Origin: Alphaproteobacteria bacterium
GTDB lineage: Bacteria; Pseudomonadota; Alphaproteobacteria; Micavibrionales; UBA2020
NCBI GenBank assembly: GCA_016794125.1
Contig: JAEUKT010000002.1
Coordinates: 1,177,769 to 1,241,768, forward strand
Reading direction: 5' to 3'
DNA: 64,000 bases
Every line of letters begins with the position of its first letter. Within the stretch, counting starts at the first letter, position 1. The translations under genes and the position numbers were made by a program. Below are positions 1-9,460 of the stretch, in pieces. The notes below the pieces were generated by a model. That model ran no database searches, was not told the origin of the DNA, and saw only the letters and a program-made list of their open reading frames with translations.

Positions 1-922
1 TTCCGCCGATTTCAAGGCGGCCATTAACGGGGCCGCTGGTGATCTCGAACACCGTCGTAGCTGCAAACCCGTCGGGGTCTGCTGCTGATAATTGCGCGGT
101 GGTAATGGTTGCGCTGCCGCCCTCATCGACGGTCAGCCCCGCATTGGCGGATGCCGCCGGCGTGTCGTTGACGGGTGAAATGGAAATGGCGAAGGATCCG
201 GTGCGTTCCGACGTGCCGTCCGACACCGTGAAATTGAAACTGTCGGTCGTGAATTCCGACCCGTCGCTGACATAACGGATGCGTCCGATATCAAGGTCGC
301 GCTGGGTGAAGGTAGTGACGGCCTCCCCGGGTTTCGATACCAGCTCCAGCTGCCCGTGGCGCGGCCCGCTGTCATCGACCGTGAACACGATATCCTGCGG
401 GCGCGTATCGACGTCGCCCGCGCGCAGCCGGCTGCTGTCCAGCAACGCGCTGCCGCCTTCATCGACCCTTAATCCGGCATTGCGCGTAATGGCCGGCACG
501 CCGGGCGGTGCGGCTGTTTCTTCGGCGGCGGGTTGTGCCGCCGTGGCTGTTGCGGCCGCAGGCGGCTTCAGCAATTCCTTCAGCCGCAGTTCGGCGCCGG
601 TTTCGCGCCGCGTGAAAACCTGCTGCGTCTGCACGCCTGTGTCATTGGCCGTGCGCAGCCCCGTGGTGGATTTCAGGTTGTTTTTCAGGCTGCTGGCGCT
701 GTTATTCTGCGCCGTTTGCGCGGTCAGGAAACTGTCGAGCCGCGCGATCAGGCTGTTGGTGGATGCTGGCGAAAACAGGCGCGCAATTGCTTCGCGCTGC
801 GGGTTGCGCGTGAGTGAGTCCGCGCCCAGTTCGATCAGGGACGGCGCAAGTTTCTTCGTTTGCGTCGCAGCGATCCTGTTCGCAACGGGCGTCAGAAAAA
901 AATTCGTAATGATGTCGGCCAT
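1..922 (-). CDS. Cadherin-like/CSPG-repeat surface protein, partial (C-terminus beyond left edge, 307+ aa)
   Basis: Not in ORF track because it has no stop in the window. Manual translation from ATG at 922 (RBS AGGAGAGGG) gives MADIITNFFLTPVANR..., then repeat units NAGLRVDEGGSALLDSSRLRAGDVDT..IVFTV..PRHGQLEL...FTQRDLDIGRIRYVSDGSEFTTDSFNFTVSDG and NAGLTVDEGGSATITTAQLSAADPD. Confidence 0.85.
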   Translation of the reverse strand, partial: MADIITNFFLTPVANRIAATQTKKLAPSLIELGADSLTRNPQREAIARLFSPASTNSLIARLDSFLTAQTAQNNSASSLKNNLKSTTGLRTANDTGVQTQQVFTRRETGAELRLKELLKPPAAATATAAQPAAEETAAPPGVPAITRNAGLRVDEGGSALLDSSRLRAGDVDTRPQDIVFTVDDSGPRHGQLELVSKPGEAVTTFTQRDLDIGRIRYVSDGSEFTTDSFNFTVSDGTSERTGSFAISISPVNDTPAASANAGLTVDEGGSATITTAQLSAADPDGFAATTVFEITSGPVNGRLEIGG

Positions 923-1046
923 AATCCCCGGACACCCTCTCCTACATCTTCTATTTTAACATAATATTGCGCACTATGGAGGTAGGGCGCGGAATATCAA
1001 GGGTTTTGAAGCAAATGGGGGCGGCTGTACCGCTATTGGCGCAAGG

Positions 1047-1078
1047 AAAAACCCCCGGCCTTGCGGCGCGGGGGCTTT
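1047..1078 (-). terminator. Probable intrinsic terminator of gap
   Basis: CCCCCG/CGGGGG stem followed by a T-run on the minus strand, downstream of the gap stop. Confidence 0.6.
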
Positions 1079-1102
1079 GTCCTGAGTCGGGCTTGAAGCA
1101 GC

Positions 1103-2113
1103 TTATTTCAGCTTCGCCATCGCCACGGCCGTGTCCGACATGCGGTTCGAGAAACCCCATTCGTTGTCGTACCACATCAGCACGCGCACGAAGGTGCCGT
1201 CGATGACCTTGGTTTCCTTCAGCGCGAAGATCGAGCTGTGGGGGTCGTGGTTGAAATCGGACGATACCAGCGGTTCGGTATAGGTGCCGAGGATGCCTTT
1301 CAGCGGGCCGTTCGCGGCGGCATCCGAAATCGCCTTGTTGATTTCATCGACCGTCGTTTCGCGGTTCGCGGTGAATTTGAAATCAACGACCGACACGTTC
1401 GGCGTGGGCACGCGGAGCGAGGTGCCGTCCAGCTTGCCCTTCAGTTCCGGCAGCACGAGGCCGACGGCTTTGGCCGCGCCGGTCGAGGTCGGGATGATGT
1501 TGATCGCCGCCGCGCGCGCGCGGTGCAGATCTTTGTGCATCGTATCGACGGTGTTCTGGTCGCCGGTATAGCTGTGGATGGTGGTCATGAAACCGTGCTT
1601 GATGCCGACGGCTTTGTTCAGCACATAGGCGACGGGCGCAAGGCAGTTGGTGGTGCAGGACGCGTTCGACACGACCACATGGTTCGCCGCCAGCTTGTCA
1701 TGGTTCACGCCGTAAACAACGGTGATGTCTTCATCGGTCGCGGGAGAGGAGATCAGGACTTTTTTCGCGCCCGCGGTGATATGCTTCAGCGCGTCTTCTT
1801 TTTTCGTGAAGATACCCGTGCATTCCATCGCGATATCGACGCCCAGGTCTTTCCACGGCAGCTGGGTCGGGTCCTTGATCGCGGTCATGCGGATTTCGTG
1901 GCCGTTGACGACCAGCTTGTCGCCCGCTGCCTTCACATCGCCCTTGAAACGGCCATGCACTGAATCGTATTTCAGCAGGTGGGCGTTGGCTTCGGATGTG
2001 GCAAGGTCGTTGATGCCGACGACGGTCACGTCGTTGCGGCCGCTTTCCATGATGGAGCGCAGGACAAGGCGGCCGATGCGGCCGAAGCCATTGATGGCGA
2101 TTTTAACGGTCAT
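1103..2113 (-). CDS. gap: Glyceraldehyde-3-phosphate dehydrogenase (type I)
   Basis: INGFGRIGR, catalytic SNASCTTNCLAP, WYDNEWGFS. Confidence 0.99.
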   Translation of the reverse strand: MTVKIAINGFGRIGRLVLRSIMESGRNDVTVVGINDLATSEANAHLLKYDSVHGRFKGDVKAAGDKLVVNGHEIRMTAIKDPTQLPWKDLGVDIAMECTGIFTKKEDALKHITAGAKKVLISSPATDEDITVVYGVNHDKLAANHVVVSNASCTTNCLAPVAYVLNKAVGIKHGFMTTIHSYTGDQNTVDTMHKDLHRARAAAINIIPTSTGAAKAVGLVLPELKGKLDGTSLRVPTPNVSVVDFKFTANRETTVDEINKAISDAAANGPLKGILGTYTEPLVSSDFNHDPHSSIFALKETKVIDGTFVRVLMWYDNEWGFSNRMSDTAVAMAKLK

Positions 2114-2181
2114 GTGAATTTCCCTCTCTATGCCGGATGAACTAGGTTCTTGGGGCTATTTTTAAAGCCTTTCAGGCGAAG

Positions 2182-2210
2182 TTGACATAGGAAAATTTTT
2201 AACATAACGT
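2182..2210 (+). promoter_or_regulatory. Sigma70-like promoter TTGACA-N17-TAACGT
   Basis: Near-consensus hexamers with 17-nt spacer upstream of the orphan ORF at 2236. Confidence 0.55.
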
Positions 2211-2235
2211 GCAGCCTTCACAAAGGAACAAGAAG

Positions 2236-2841
2236 ATGCCGCAGCCGAAAAAACCCCTTTCGATTTCAAGGGCATTCAACAAATCCGCCCGCCATCCCGC
2301 CTGGAATTTCCAGCGCGGCAACAACCTGCGCGGCATCGCGGGCGCATGGAAAATCCCCGAAGGCATGACGGCATCGGGGTACGAAGACACGACGCTGAAA
2401 CGCCTGTTCGCCGATGAAGGGCTGCAGCAGATTGCGGGCGTGAAAACGGCGCGCGCGCTGGAGGCATACTGGCGCGGCGGCGGCATCTGGCAGAAGCTGA
2501 AAGACGCCGATGCGCCGCAGGCGCTGAAGGATAGCTGGGACGCGCTGGTGTCGCTGAACCCGAAACTGTCGGAGGTGACGGTCGATCGCGAAAAACTGCG
2601 CAGCCTGCTGGATGCTCATTACGGCGTGACATCGGGTTTCAATATCGACGACATCAATTTCTTTCAGGCGCAAAAGAAAATCGGCGACGGCCTGCCCGCC
2701 AAACAAGCCCACGCCATGCCCGACCACGGCCCGCGCCTCAGCCGCATCGACGCGGTGTCGAAACCGCCCATGTACTGGGTTGCCTCCCCCGAAACGGCTA
2801 AGAAGGTGGAGCAGAGGTATAAGCGGAAGGGTTTGCTTTAG
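2236..2841 (+). CDS. Hypothetical protein (201 aa)
   Basis: RBS AAAGGA before ATG 2236 (MPQPKKPLSISRAFNKSA), genome-typical codons, upstream promoter. No family recognised. Confidence 0.7.
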   Translation: MPQPKKPLSISRAFNKSARHPAWNFQRGNNLRGIAGAWKIPEGMTASGYEDTTLKRLFADEGLQQIAGVKTARALEAYWRGGGIWQKLKDADAPQALKDSWDALVSLNPKLSEVTVDREKLRSLLDAHYGVTSGFNIDDINFFQAQKKIGDGLPAKQAHAMPDHGPRLSRIDAVSKPPMYWVASPETAKKVEQRYKRKGLL

Positions 2842-3626
2842 TCTTCGTCAGGCTCGCCTGAAAGAACGCGGTCCATAAATGATTTTGGATCGTAATAAAA
2901 TTCCTGCAGGATTTTAAAGTTTTCTGTCTGCTTATACGATTTCTCGACAATGCCTTTCGGTGTCAGGTGCAGCAGCGTTGCACCGGGATATGCCATGATA
3001 AAAGGCGAATGCGTTGCAATAATGAACTGGTTACGTCCAGTCTTTTCCTTTTCGTGGAGAAGACGGACAAAATCGACTTGCTTGCGTGGTGACAAAGCCG
3101 CTTCAGGCTCGTCCATGATGTAAATACCAAAGTCGCGCAGCTTGTTGCGGAAGAGGGCGGAGTAGCCTTCGCCGTGGGATAACCCCTCCAGTAACCTGCC
3201 TTCGTAGTCTTCGTCGGCGTTCATCCCGCCGCCCGCTTCCACACCGTACATGTCCATTTGCTGTATCAAGCTATGGATAGTTTCGGCGCGGGTGTAAAAC
3301 CCTTCCGTCACTTTGGGCAGCCAAGCGGCGCGCAAAAAGCGGCTGAACTTTTCGCCTTCATTCGTGCTTGTTGCATAGTTGCGCGAACCGCCATGCGCGC
3401 CGAAGCCACACAGCGCGGCAAGAGCCTCCATGATCGTCGATTTTCCGCTACCGTTTTGGCCGACGAAAATAGTGACGGGGTGGGTGAACTCGATCTCGAA
3501 AGGTTGTGCGCGAATACTGGGGATATCCAGCGGATACCCCTCATGCCCCTCGGCCTTTGCTTCGTCGAGCCATACCTTTTTCAAGTATGGCGCTTTCATC
3601 TGCGGCTTATGGGCTTTCCTCGCCAT
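2838..3626 (-). CDS. ABC/AAA-type ATPase (COG3910-like predicted ATPase)
   Basis: Walker A GQNGSGKS, signature-like SHGEG, Walker B IYIMDEPEAALS, H-loop IIATHSP. Confidence 0.9.
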   Translation of the reverse strand: MARKAHKPQMKAPYLKKVWLDEAKAEGHEGYPLDIPSIRAQPFEIEFTHPVTIFVGQNGSGKSTIMEALAALCGFGAHGGSRNYATSTNEGEKFSRFLRAAWLPKVTEGFYTRAETIHSLIQQMDMYGVEAGGGMNADEDYEGRLLEGLSHGEGYSALFRNKLRDFGIYIMDEPEAALSPRKQVDFVRLLHEKEKTGRNQFIIATHSPFIMAYPGATLLHLTPKGIVEKSYKQTENFKILQEFYYDPKSFMDRVLSGEPDED

Positions 3627-3638
3627 GAAGAAGAACCG

Positions 3639-5654
3639 TTAAACCTTCTTCTTCACCTGCGCCACAATGTCTTCGGCGGTGATGCCGAAGTGTTTGTAGA
3701 GTTCCTGATAGGGGGCGCTTTCGCCGAAGGATTTCATGCCGACGAAGATGCCGTCGCGGCCGATGATGTGGTCCCAGCCCTGACGGACGGCGGCTTCGAC
3801 AGCGACATTCACTTTCGAATTACCAATCAGCGAGGACTGGTATTTGGCATCCTGTTGCGCAAACAATTCCAATGACGGGGCGGAGACGACGCGGGTGGAG
3901 ATTTTGTCAGCCTCCAGCATGTCGCGCGCCTTCAGCGCGATTTCGATTTCGGAACCGGTCGCCCAGATGGTGACGGTGGCATCGCTTGAGCCTTCCGCGA
4001 GGATGTAAGCGCCGCGCTTCGACAGGTTGTCGTCCGACGACTCTTTACGCACCAGCGGCAGGTTCTGGCGCGTCAGCACCAGCACCGAGGGGCCGCTCGT
4101 ATGTTCCAGCGCAATCTGCCATGCTTCCGCCGTTTCAATCACATCGGCAGGGCGCAGGACAAGCAAGTTGGGAATGCAGCGCAGCGCGGCCAGATGTTCC
4201 ACCGGCTGGTGGGTCGGGCCGTCTTCGCCGAGACCGATTGAATCGTGCGTCATGATGTAAATCACGCGCTGCTTCATCAGCGCCGACAGGCGGATGGAGG
4301 GGCGGCAATAATCGGTGAAGCTGAGGAACGTGCCGCCATAGGGGATCAGCCCCTTGTGCAGCGCCATGCCGTTCATGGCAGCCGCCATGCCGTGCTCGCG
4401 CACGCCCCAATAGACGTAACGGCCGGAATAATCTTCCTTCGTCACCTTGCCCATGTCTTTCACAAGCGTCAGGACGGAACCGGTGAGGTCCGCCGAACCG
4501 CCGACCATTTCGGGCAGCGCGGGGATCAGGGCTTCCAAAACTTTGCCGGATGCTGCGCGGGTCGCGATTTTCGGCGCTTCCGCTTTCATCTTGGCCTTGA
4601 ATGTCGAAATGACGGGTGCGACCGTTTTGGTCACATCGCCGCTGATCATGCGGTCGAACAGCGCGCGTTTTTCGCCGTCCAGTTTATCAAGGCGCGCTTG
4701 CCAGTTCTTGCGCTCCATCTGGTGCGCGCTGCCGGTTGCGCGCCATGCGGCCACAACATTTTCGGGCAGGTGGAACGGCACATGCGGCCAGTTCAGGTTC
4801 TTGCGCGCGCCCGTGATTTCTTCGTCGCCCAGCGGCGAGCCGTGGGAGGACGACTTGCCCTCTTTCGTCGGTGCGCCATAGCCGATTTTTGTTTTGCAGG
4901 AAATCAGGCTCGGCTTGTTGGGGTTCAGCTGGGCGGCGGCGATGGCCTTCGCGATCTGTTCGGGATTGTGGCCGTCGACCGTGAAGGTTTCCCAGCCGTA
5001 AGCCTCGAAGCGTTTCGGGGTGTTGTCGGTGAAGGACAGCGATGTCGGGCCGTCGATGGAAATTTCGTTATCGTCGTACAGCACGATCAGCTTGCCAAGG
5101 CCGAGATGGCCGGCGAGGGAGCAGGCCTCGTGGCTGATGCCCTCCATCAAATCGCCGTCGGAGGCGATGACATAGGTGAAGTGATTGAAAATCTCGTTGC
5201 CGAAACGCGCATTCATCATGCGCTCCGCAAGCGCGAAACCCACGCCGTTGGAAATGCCCTGACCCAGCGGGCCGGTGGTGGTTTCGATACCGGCTTCGGG
5301 CATGACTTCGGGGTGGCCGGGGGTCAGGCTGTGCAGCTGGCGGAAATTTTTCAGCTGGTCGAGCGTCATTTTCTCGTAACCCGACAGGTGCAGGATGGAA
5401 TACAGCAGCATCGAGCCATGGCCGGCGGAGAGGATGAAACGGTCGCGGTCGGGCCAGGTCGGGTTCGAGGCGTCATGTTTCATGAACTGGGTAAACAGCA
5501 CAGTCGCAACATCGGCCATGCCCATCGGCATGCCGGGGTGGCCTGAATTCGCCTTTTGCACCGCATCCATCGACAGGGCGCGGAGTGCGTTCGCAAGCTC
5601 GTTATGGCTGGCGGTTGCGGTGGTCTGGGATTTGGCGGCTTGTGCGGATGACAT
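3639..5654 (-). CDS. tkt: Transketolase
   Basis: SGHPGMPMG, RDRFILSAGHGS, SDGDLMEG, GEDGPTHQP. Start revised to 5654 (RBS AAGGAG). Confidence 0.99.
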   Translation of the reverse strand: MSSAQAAKSQTTATASHNELANALRALSMDAVQKANSGHPGMPMGMADVATVLFTQFMKHDASNPTWPDRDRFILSAGHGSMLLYSILHLSGYEKMTLDQLKNFRQLHSLTPGHPEVMPEAGIETTTGPLGQGISNGVGFALAERMMNARFGNEIFNHFTYVIASDGDLMEGISHEACSLAGHLGLGKLIVLYDDNEISIDGPTSLSFTDNTPKRFEAYGWETFTVDGHNPEQIAKAIAAAQLNPNKPSLISCKTKIGYGAPTKEGKSSSHGSPLGDEEITGARKNLNWPHVPFHLPENVVAAWRATGSAHQMERKNWQARLDKLDGEKRALFDRMISGDVTKTVAPVISTFKAKMKAEAPKIATRAASGKVLEALIPALPEMVGGSADLTGSVLTLVKDMGKVTKEDYSGRYVYWGVREHGMAAAMNGMALHKGLIPYGGTFLSFTDYCRPSIRLSALMKQRVIYIMTHDSIGLGEDGPTHQPVEHLAALRCIPNLLVLRPADVIETAEAWQIALEHTSGPSVLVLTRQNLPLVRKESSDDNLSKRGAYILAEGSSDATVTIWATGSEIEIALKARDMLEADKISTRVVSAPSLELFAQQDAKYQSSLIGNSKVNVAVEAAVRQGWDHIIGRDGIFVGMKSFGESAPYQELYKHFGITAEDIVAQVKKKV

Positions 5655-5777
5655 CGTGCATGTGCTCCTTATAAATGCTCCCGCAGAATGCAACATCACC
5701 GGGATTCGCGCAACCATGCAAAACCCTGCGATGCATGTGGAATTATTGTTGATATTGCTGTATATTTCTGAATGTTT

Positions 5778-5806
5778 TTGACATAAAAATGGCCATATTC
5801 TATAAC
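5778..5806 (+). promoter_or_regulatory. Sigma70-like promoter TTGACA-N17-TATAAC
   Basis: Near-consensus hexamers with 17-nt spacer upstream of the orphan ORF at 5843. Confidence 0.6.
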
Positions 5807-5842
5807 TGTCCGGCTGGCTGCCGTTTTTCAAAGGAATTCATC

Positions 5843-6181
5843 ATGGTCATCGGTATCGACGGTTTTCTGCATGAACGCATCGAAACGCTTTATGTATCCG
5901 AGGATCACAAGCTGTTCCTGAAGACGGGGCAGGCACAGACAGAGGGCGGACGACGCGCTTTTGTCAGCATCACGCGCTTTGACGAACTGGATGCGCTGGA
6001 ACGCCAATCCATGCTCCAACAGGCCAAGCCCCTGGACGACAATGCGCGGCTGAAGATATCGACGGTCGATGGCAAAACGGTCGTCTATGACGGTTTCACG
6101 GGGACGAACGCCGTTTTCACGCTCGCCCCGCGCAACGATGCCCCGCCCGCGAAAAAACCGAAGCTCAAATTCAGGCTTTAA
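5843..6181 (+). CDS. Hypothetical protein (112 aa) with basic Pro/Lys C-terminus
   Basis: RBS AAAGGA before ATG 5843; ends PRNDAPPAKKPKLKFRL. Confidence 0.7.
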   Translation: MVIGIDGFLHERIETLYVSEDHKLFLKTGQAQTEGGRRAFVSITRFDELDALERQSMLQQAKPLDDNARLKISTVDGKTVVYDGFTGTNAVFTLAPRNDAPPAKKPKLKFRL

Positions 6182-6232
6182 CACGCATTATACCGTCTTG
6201 CCGTGATGCCCCTGCGGGGATTACCATGACAC

Positions 6233-6493
6233 ATGACCGAAAACACCCCCGATTTCCGCAAGATGACGCCGGAGGATTTGCGCCGGAACATCACCGAGCT
6301 GAACCACCAGATCAAGCGCATGAAGCGCTTCAGCCCCAATGGCTTCGCCTATGAAATCGAACAGGCCGAAGAATTGCGCCGCAAATACAAGACCGTCTGG
6401 CGCGCCCGCCCCGGCCGCGCGTTCCACGATGTCGCCGCGCGCAAGAAAAAGCAGAAAGAAATGAAACGCTATACGCGCGGGCCGCGGTTTTAA
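6233..6493 (+). CDS. Hypothetical basic protein (86 aa)
   Basis: ORF with genome-typical codons, probable coiled N-terminal half; ends RAFHDVAARKKKQKEMKRYTRGPRF. Confidence 0.6.
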   Translation: MTENTPDFRKMTPEDLRRNITELNHQIKRMKRFSPNGFAYEIEQAEELRRKYKTVWRARPGRAFHDVAARKKKQKEMKRYTRGPRF

Positions 6494-7443
6494 GCTTTGG
6501 CCGCCTTGCGCACCGCCCATTTCGCCTTCAGCTTGGCAAACGGTTTTTCCAACTGGTGCCAGACCGGCACGATCGCAAGGCCGATCAGCAATCCCGCCAA
6601 CGTTATGACGATAAGTGAAATCGGTGTATTTAGGTAGGATAGCTCATGGCCATGTTCAAAACCCAAATCTTTCATCGCATGTTCCGCCGCCGGAATGCCG
6701 TGCAGCACGATGCCGCCGCCGACCGAAAACATGGCGGCGGTGCCGACGACCGATAAAGTCTTCATCAGGTACGGCACGCATTTCAAAATGCCGATGCCCA
6801 GTTTCTGCACCGCTTTTTTGGGTTTTTTGGCAAGGTACATCCCAAGGTCATCCAGCTTGATGATGCAACCGACAAGGCCGTACACAAATACGGTCATCCC
6901 GATGCCCACGCCGGTCAGCACGCCCGCCTGTACCCATAGCGTTTTTTCCTTCACCGCGCCCAGCGCGACCGCGACGATTTCGGCGGACAGGATGAAATCG
7001 GTATTCACGGCTTCGGCGATTTTCTTTTGCTCGACCTCCATCAATTCTTCCGCGCTTTTCTGCGCGGCCTGACGCACTTCCTTGGCGTGCGATACGTCCT
7101 CGACCGTCGGCTTCAGCGCATGGATGACTTTTTCCGCGCCTTCGTAGCACAAAAACGCGCCGCCCAGCATCAGCAGCGGCACAATTGCCCATTCCGCGAT
7201 GATGCTCAGGATCAGGGCTGCGGGGATCAGGATGCATTTATTTTTGAAAGAACCTTTTGCGACGCGCCAGACGATGGGCAATTCGCGTTTCGGGTCGATG
7301 CCGACCAGCGCCTGCGCGTTCACGGCAAGGTCGTCGCCCGCTATGCCGGCGGTTTTGGTCGCCGCGACTTTCGACATTGCCGCGACATCGTCGAGCAGCA
7401 GGGTAATATCGTCGAGCAATGCCAGCAAACCGCCAAAGGCCAT
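6490..7443 (-). CDS. DUF808 (YedI-like) membrane protein, canonical-length copy
   Basis: LLALLDDI..LLDDVAAMSKVAATKTAGIAGDDLAVNA, TDFILSAEIV, GTAAMFSVGGGIVLHG. Confidence 0.92.
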   Translation of the reverse strand: MAFGGLLALLDDITLLLDDVAAMSKVAATKTAGIAGDDLAVNAQALVGIDPKRELPIVWRVAKGSFKNKCILIPAALILSIIAEWAIVPLLMLGGAFLCYEGAEKVIHALKPTVEDVSHAKEVRQAAQKSAEELMEVEQKKIAEAVNTDFILSAEIVAVALGAVKEKTLWVQAGVLTGVGIGMTVFVYGLVGCIIKLDDLGMYLAKKPKKAVQKLGIGILKCVPYLMKTLSVVGTAAMFSVGGGIVLHGIPAAEHAMKDLGFEHGHELSYLNTPISLIVITLAGLLIGLAIVPVWHQLEKPFAKLKAKWAVRKAAKA

Positions 7444-7505
7444 GTCAGAATCTCCGTTGTTTTTCTGCGCCTAACCTAACGGATTCCCCTATCGGACAGA
7501 AGTGT

Positions 7506-7541
7506 AAAAAAAACCGCCGGGGCGGTCGAATTCCCCGGCGG
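7506..7541 (-). terminator. Intrinsic terminator between DUF808 copies
   Basis: CCGCCGGGG/CCCCGGCGG stem plus T-run on the minus strand. Confidence 0.75.
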
Positions 7542-7562
7542 CATCATGGTCGTCGTTAAACT

Positions 7563-8738
7563 TTACTTGCCGAAATTGCGGTTCAGCATCTTCTCGAACC
7601 CTTTGAAGGCGGGGGCGGCGGGTTTCACTTCCGCCGGCAATCCGGGCTCTGCCTTGGGCGCTGCGTTGTTCAAGGCTGCCTTCACATCCGGCACCGATTT
7701 CAGTGCGCCAGCCGATGCTTCAGCAACTGGGGCGGCGGGCGCGTTGTCATTGACCGGCACGGGATGCCCATAGACCTTGTGCAGCAGGCTTTTCGCAAAG
7801 CCGGTGACGGGGCCCTTGATTTTCTCGTTGAAGAAATCCTTGGCAAGCCCCGCAAGGTGCATCACCGGTTCTTTCAATACCTTCACCGCGGGGATCGCCA
7901 GCACCCCTGCCACGATACCGGTCGCCATCGTCGCTGCCGTTTCGATCATGCCGACAACCATCGGGCTGTTGCTGGCCAGATGCGCAAGGCCGGTCACGGC
8001 ATGTTCAAGTCCCGGGATGCCATGCATCAAAATCCCGCCGCCGACCGCGAACATCGCGGCGGTGCCAAGGAACGACAGGCCCTTCATCAGGGGCGGCACG
8101 GCCTTGACCAATCCGGTGCCAAAACTCCGCTTGAATTTTGAAAAGCCGTCTTCGCCTTCGGTTTTCGCGAGTTTCAGGCCCCAGTCGTCCAGTTTCACCA
8201 GGCCGCCGACAAGCCCGTAAATGCCGACTGTCATGCCGACGCCAACCGCGGCAAGCGCGCCCAGCTGCGTCAGGAAAGGGGCGGAGGCCATCGCGCCCAG
8301 CGCGACGACGACGATTTCGGCAGAGAGGATAAAATCGGTCTTGATCGCGGCGGCGACCTTTTCGGCCTCCAGCGTTTTCGCGTCTTTCTTCGGCGCGGCC
8401 TCATCTTCGTGCTTGTCCTTGTGCAGCATCTTCTCGACGCCTTCATAGGCAAGGAATGCGCCGCCCGCCATCATCAAGGGCGCAATTGCCCAAGGGGCGA
8501 CGACCGACAGCGCCATTGCGCCGGGGATGAGGTAGAAGAATTTGTTTTTCAGGGAGCCTTTGGCGACCGCCATCACCATCGGTATTTCGCGGCTGGGGTC
8601 GATGCCGCCCGCGCCGCCTGTCAGCACATGGGCATTCACTGCAAGGTCGTCACCGGAGATACCTACTGTTTTGCGCGCGGCGATTTTCGTCAATGCGGCG
8701 ATATCGTCGAGTAGTGCCAGAAGACCGGTGGCGGCCAT
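7563..8738 (-). CDS. DUF808 paralog 2 with C-terminal Pro/Ala/Lys extension
   Basis: LLALLDDIAA..KTVGISGDDLAVNA, TDFILSAEIV, GTAAMFAVGGGILMHG, plus tail ...VNDNAPAAP...PDVKAALNNAAPKAEPG... Confidence 0.9.
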   Translation of the reverse strand: MAATGLLALLDDIAALTKIAARKTVGISGDDLAVNAHVLTGGAGGIDPSREIPMVMAVAKGSLKNKFFYLIPGAMALSVVAPWAIAPLMMAGGAFLAYEGVEKMLHKDKHEDEAAPKKDAKTLEAEKVAAAIKTDFILSAEIVVVALGAMASAPFLTQLGALAAVGVGMTVGIYGLVGGLVKLDDWGLKLAKTEGEDGFSKFKRSFGTGLVKAVPPLMKGLSFLGTAAMFAVGGGILMHGIPGLEHAVTGLAHLASNSPMVVGMIETAATMATGIVAGVLAIPAVKVLKEPVMHLAGLAKDFFNEKIKGPVTGFAKSLLHKVYGHPVPVNDNAPAAPVAEASAGALKSVPDVKAALNNAAPKAEPGLPAEVKPAAPAFKGFEKMLNRNFGK

Positions 8739-8801
8739 GATGTCCCTTCGGTTGTTGTTCCAATAGGAAAAATCCTAGGTGATTCTGGACAGGCTGGCAA
8801 T

Positions 8802-8815
8802 GGTATTATAATACC
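8802..8815. promoter_or_regulatory. Perfect 14-bp palindrome GGTATTATAATACC, candidate operator
   Basis: Lies in the divergent AT-rich intergenic region, directly beside a minus-strand TTGCCA-N17-TAGGAT promoter-like element. Confidence 0.35.
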
Positions 8816-8877
8816 CCAAACAATATCAGGGAGATAGCGATCAAAAAGTAATTAAATTACAGGGTTAGGGCGATTAG

Positions 8878-8906
8878 TTGACATAATTACAATGCAATGA
8901 TAAAAC
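8878..8906 (+). promoter_or_regulatory. Sigma70-like promoter TTGACA-N17-TAAAAC
   Basis: Near-consensus hexamers with 17-nt spacer upstream of the ORF at 8954. Confidence 0.55.
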
Positions 8907-8953
8907 GGATGGCAACAAATAACAAAAATCAAAATCATTTGAGGGTGTAAAAC

Positions 8954-9448
8954 ATGTTCAGCAAAATCCGAAAAGCAGGCGAAGACTTCACGCTCGACAG
9001 TCTTACGTCATATGTCGCCGATCACCTTGCCAAGCCGGGCGCGACTGCGGAGGACAACAAGCAGTTCGGCGGTGTCGCGGGTCTTGCGCTCGGCAACCTG
9101 CTGCGCGCGGTCGGCATCATCGGCACCGGCCTTGCGGTTGTGAGCGTGCTGGCATCGCCGGTCGGTGTTGCGACCCTTGGCACGCTGGCCTTCGGCGGCG
9201 CTCTTGCGGCGGCGGGCGTATTCGGGCAGGGCATGGTCGATGGCGGCGACAAAGCGACGAATTTTGTATCGGGCGCGCGCGAAGTGCGCGGCGAAATTTT
9301 CGGCGACGCGCTCGCCGACCTGAAAAGCTGGAGCAACAAAAAACTCGGCACCAAATTCGGCCTCGCCGCATCGCGCGAAGTAAAAGTCGAGCAGCTGCAG
9401 CCCGCTGTCCAGCCGGTTGTCGTGAAACAGCCCGAACAGAAGCTTTAA
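8954..9448 (+). CDS. Hypothetical Gly/Ala-rich membrane protein (164 aa)
   Basis: RBS GAGGG; hydrophobic GGVAGLALG...GTLAFGGALAAAG stretch; tail KFGLAASREVKVEQLQPAVQPVVVKQPEQKL. Confidence 0.8.
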   Translation: MFSKIRKAGEDFTLDSLTSYVADHLAKPGATAEDNKQFGGVAGLALGNLLRAVGIIGTGLAVVSVLASPVGVATLGTLAFGGALAAAGVFGQGMVDGGDKATNFVSGAREVRGEIFGDALADLKSWSNKKLGTKFGLAASREVKVEQLQPAVQPVVVKQPEQKL

Positions 9449-9460
9449 GGATTAATCACC

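Noticed and set aside
279-959. 226-aa plus-strand ORF and neighbours (39-275, 133-462)
   Set aside because: They are shadows of the real minus-strand CSPG-repeat gene starting at 922.
3639-5831. Extended upstream starts in the ORF track for tkt, ileS, gcvP, Hsp70, GNAT, the Q-salvage gene and others
   Set aside because: The extensions lack RBS or family similarity and run through promoter regions or neighbouring genes; downstream starts were chosen.
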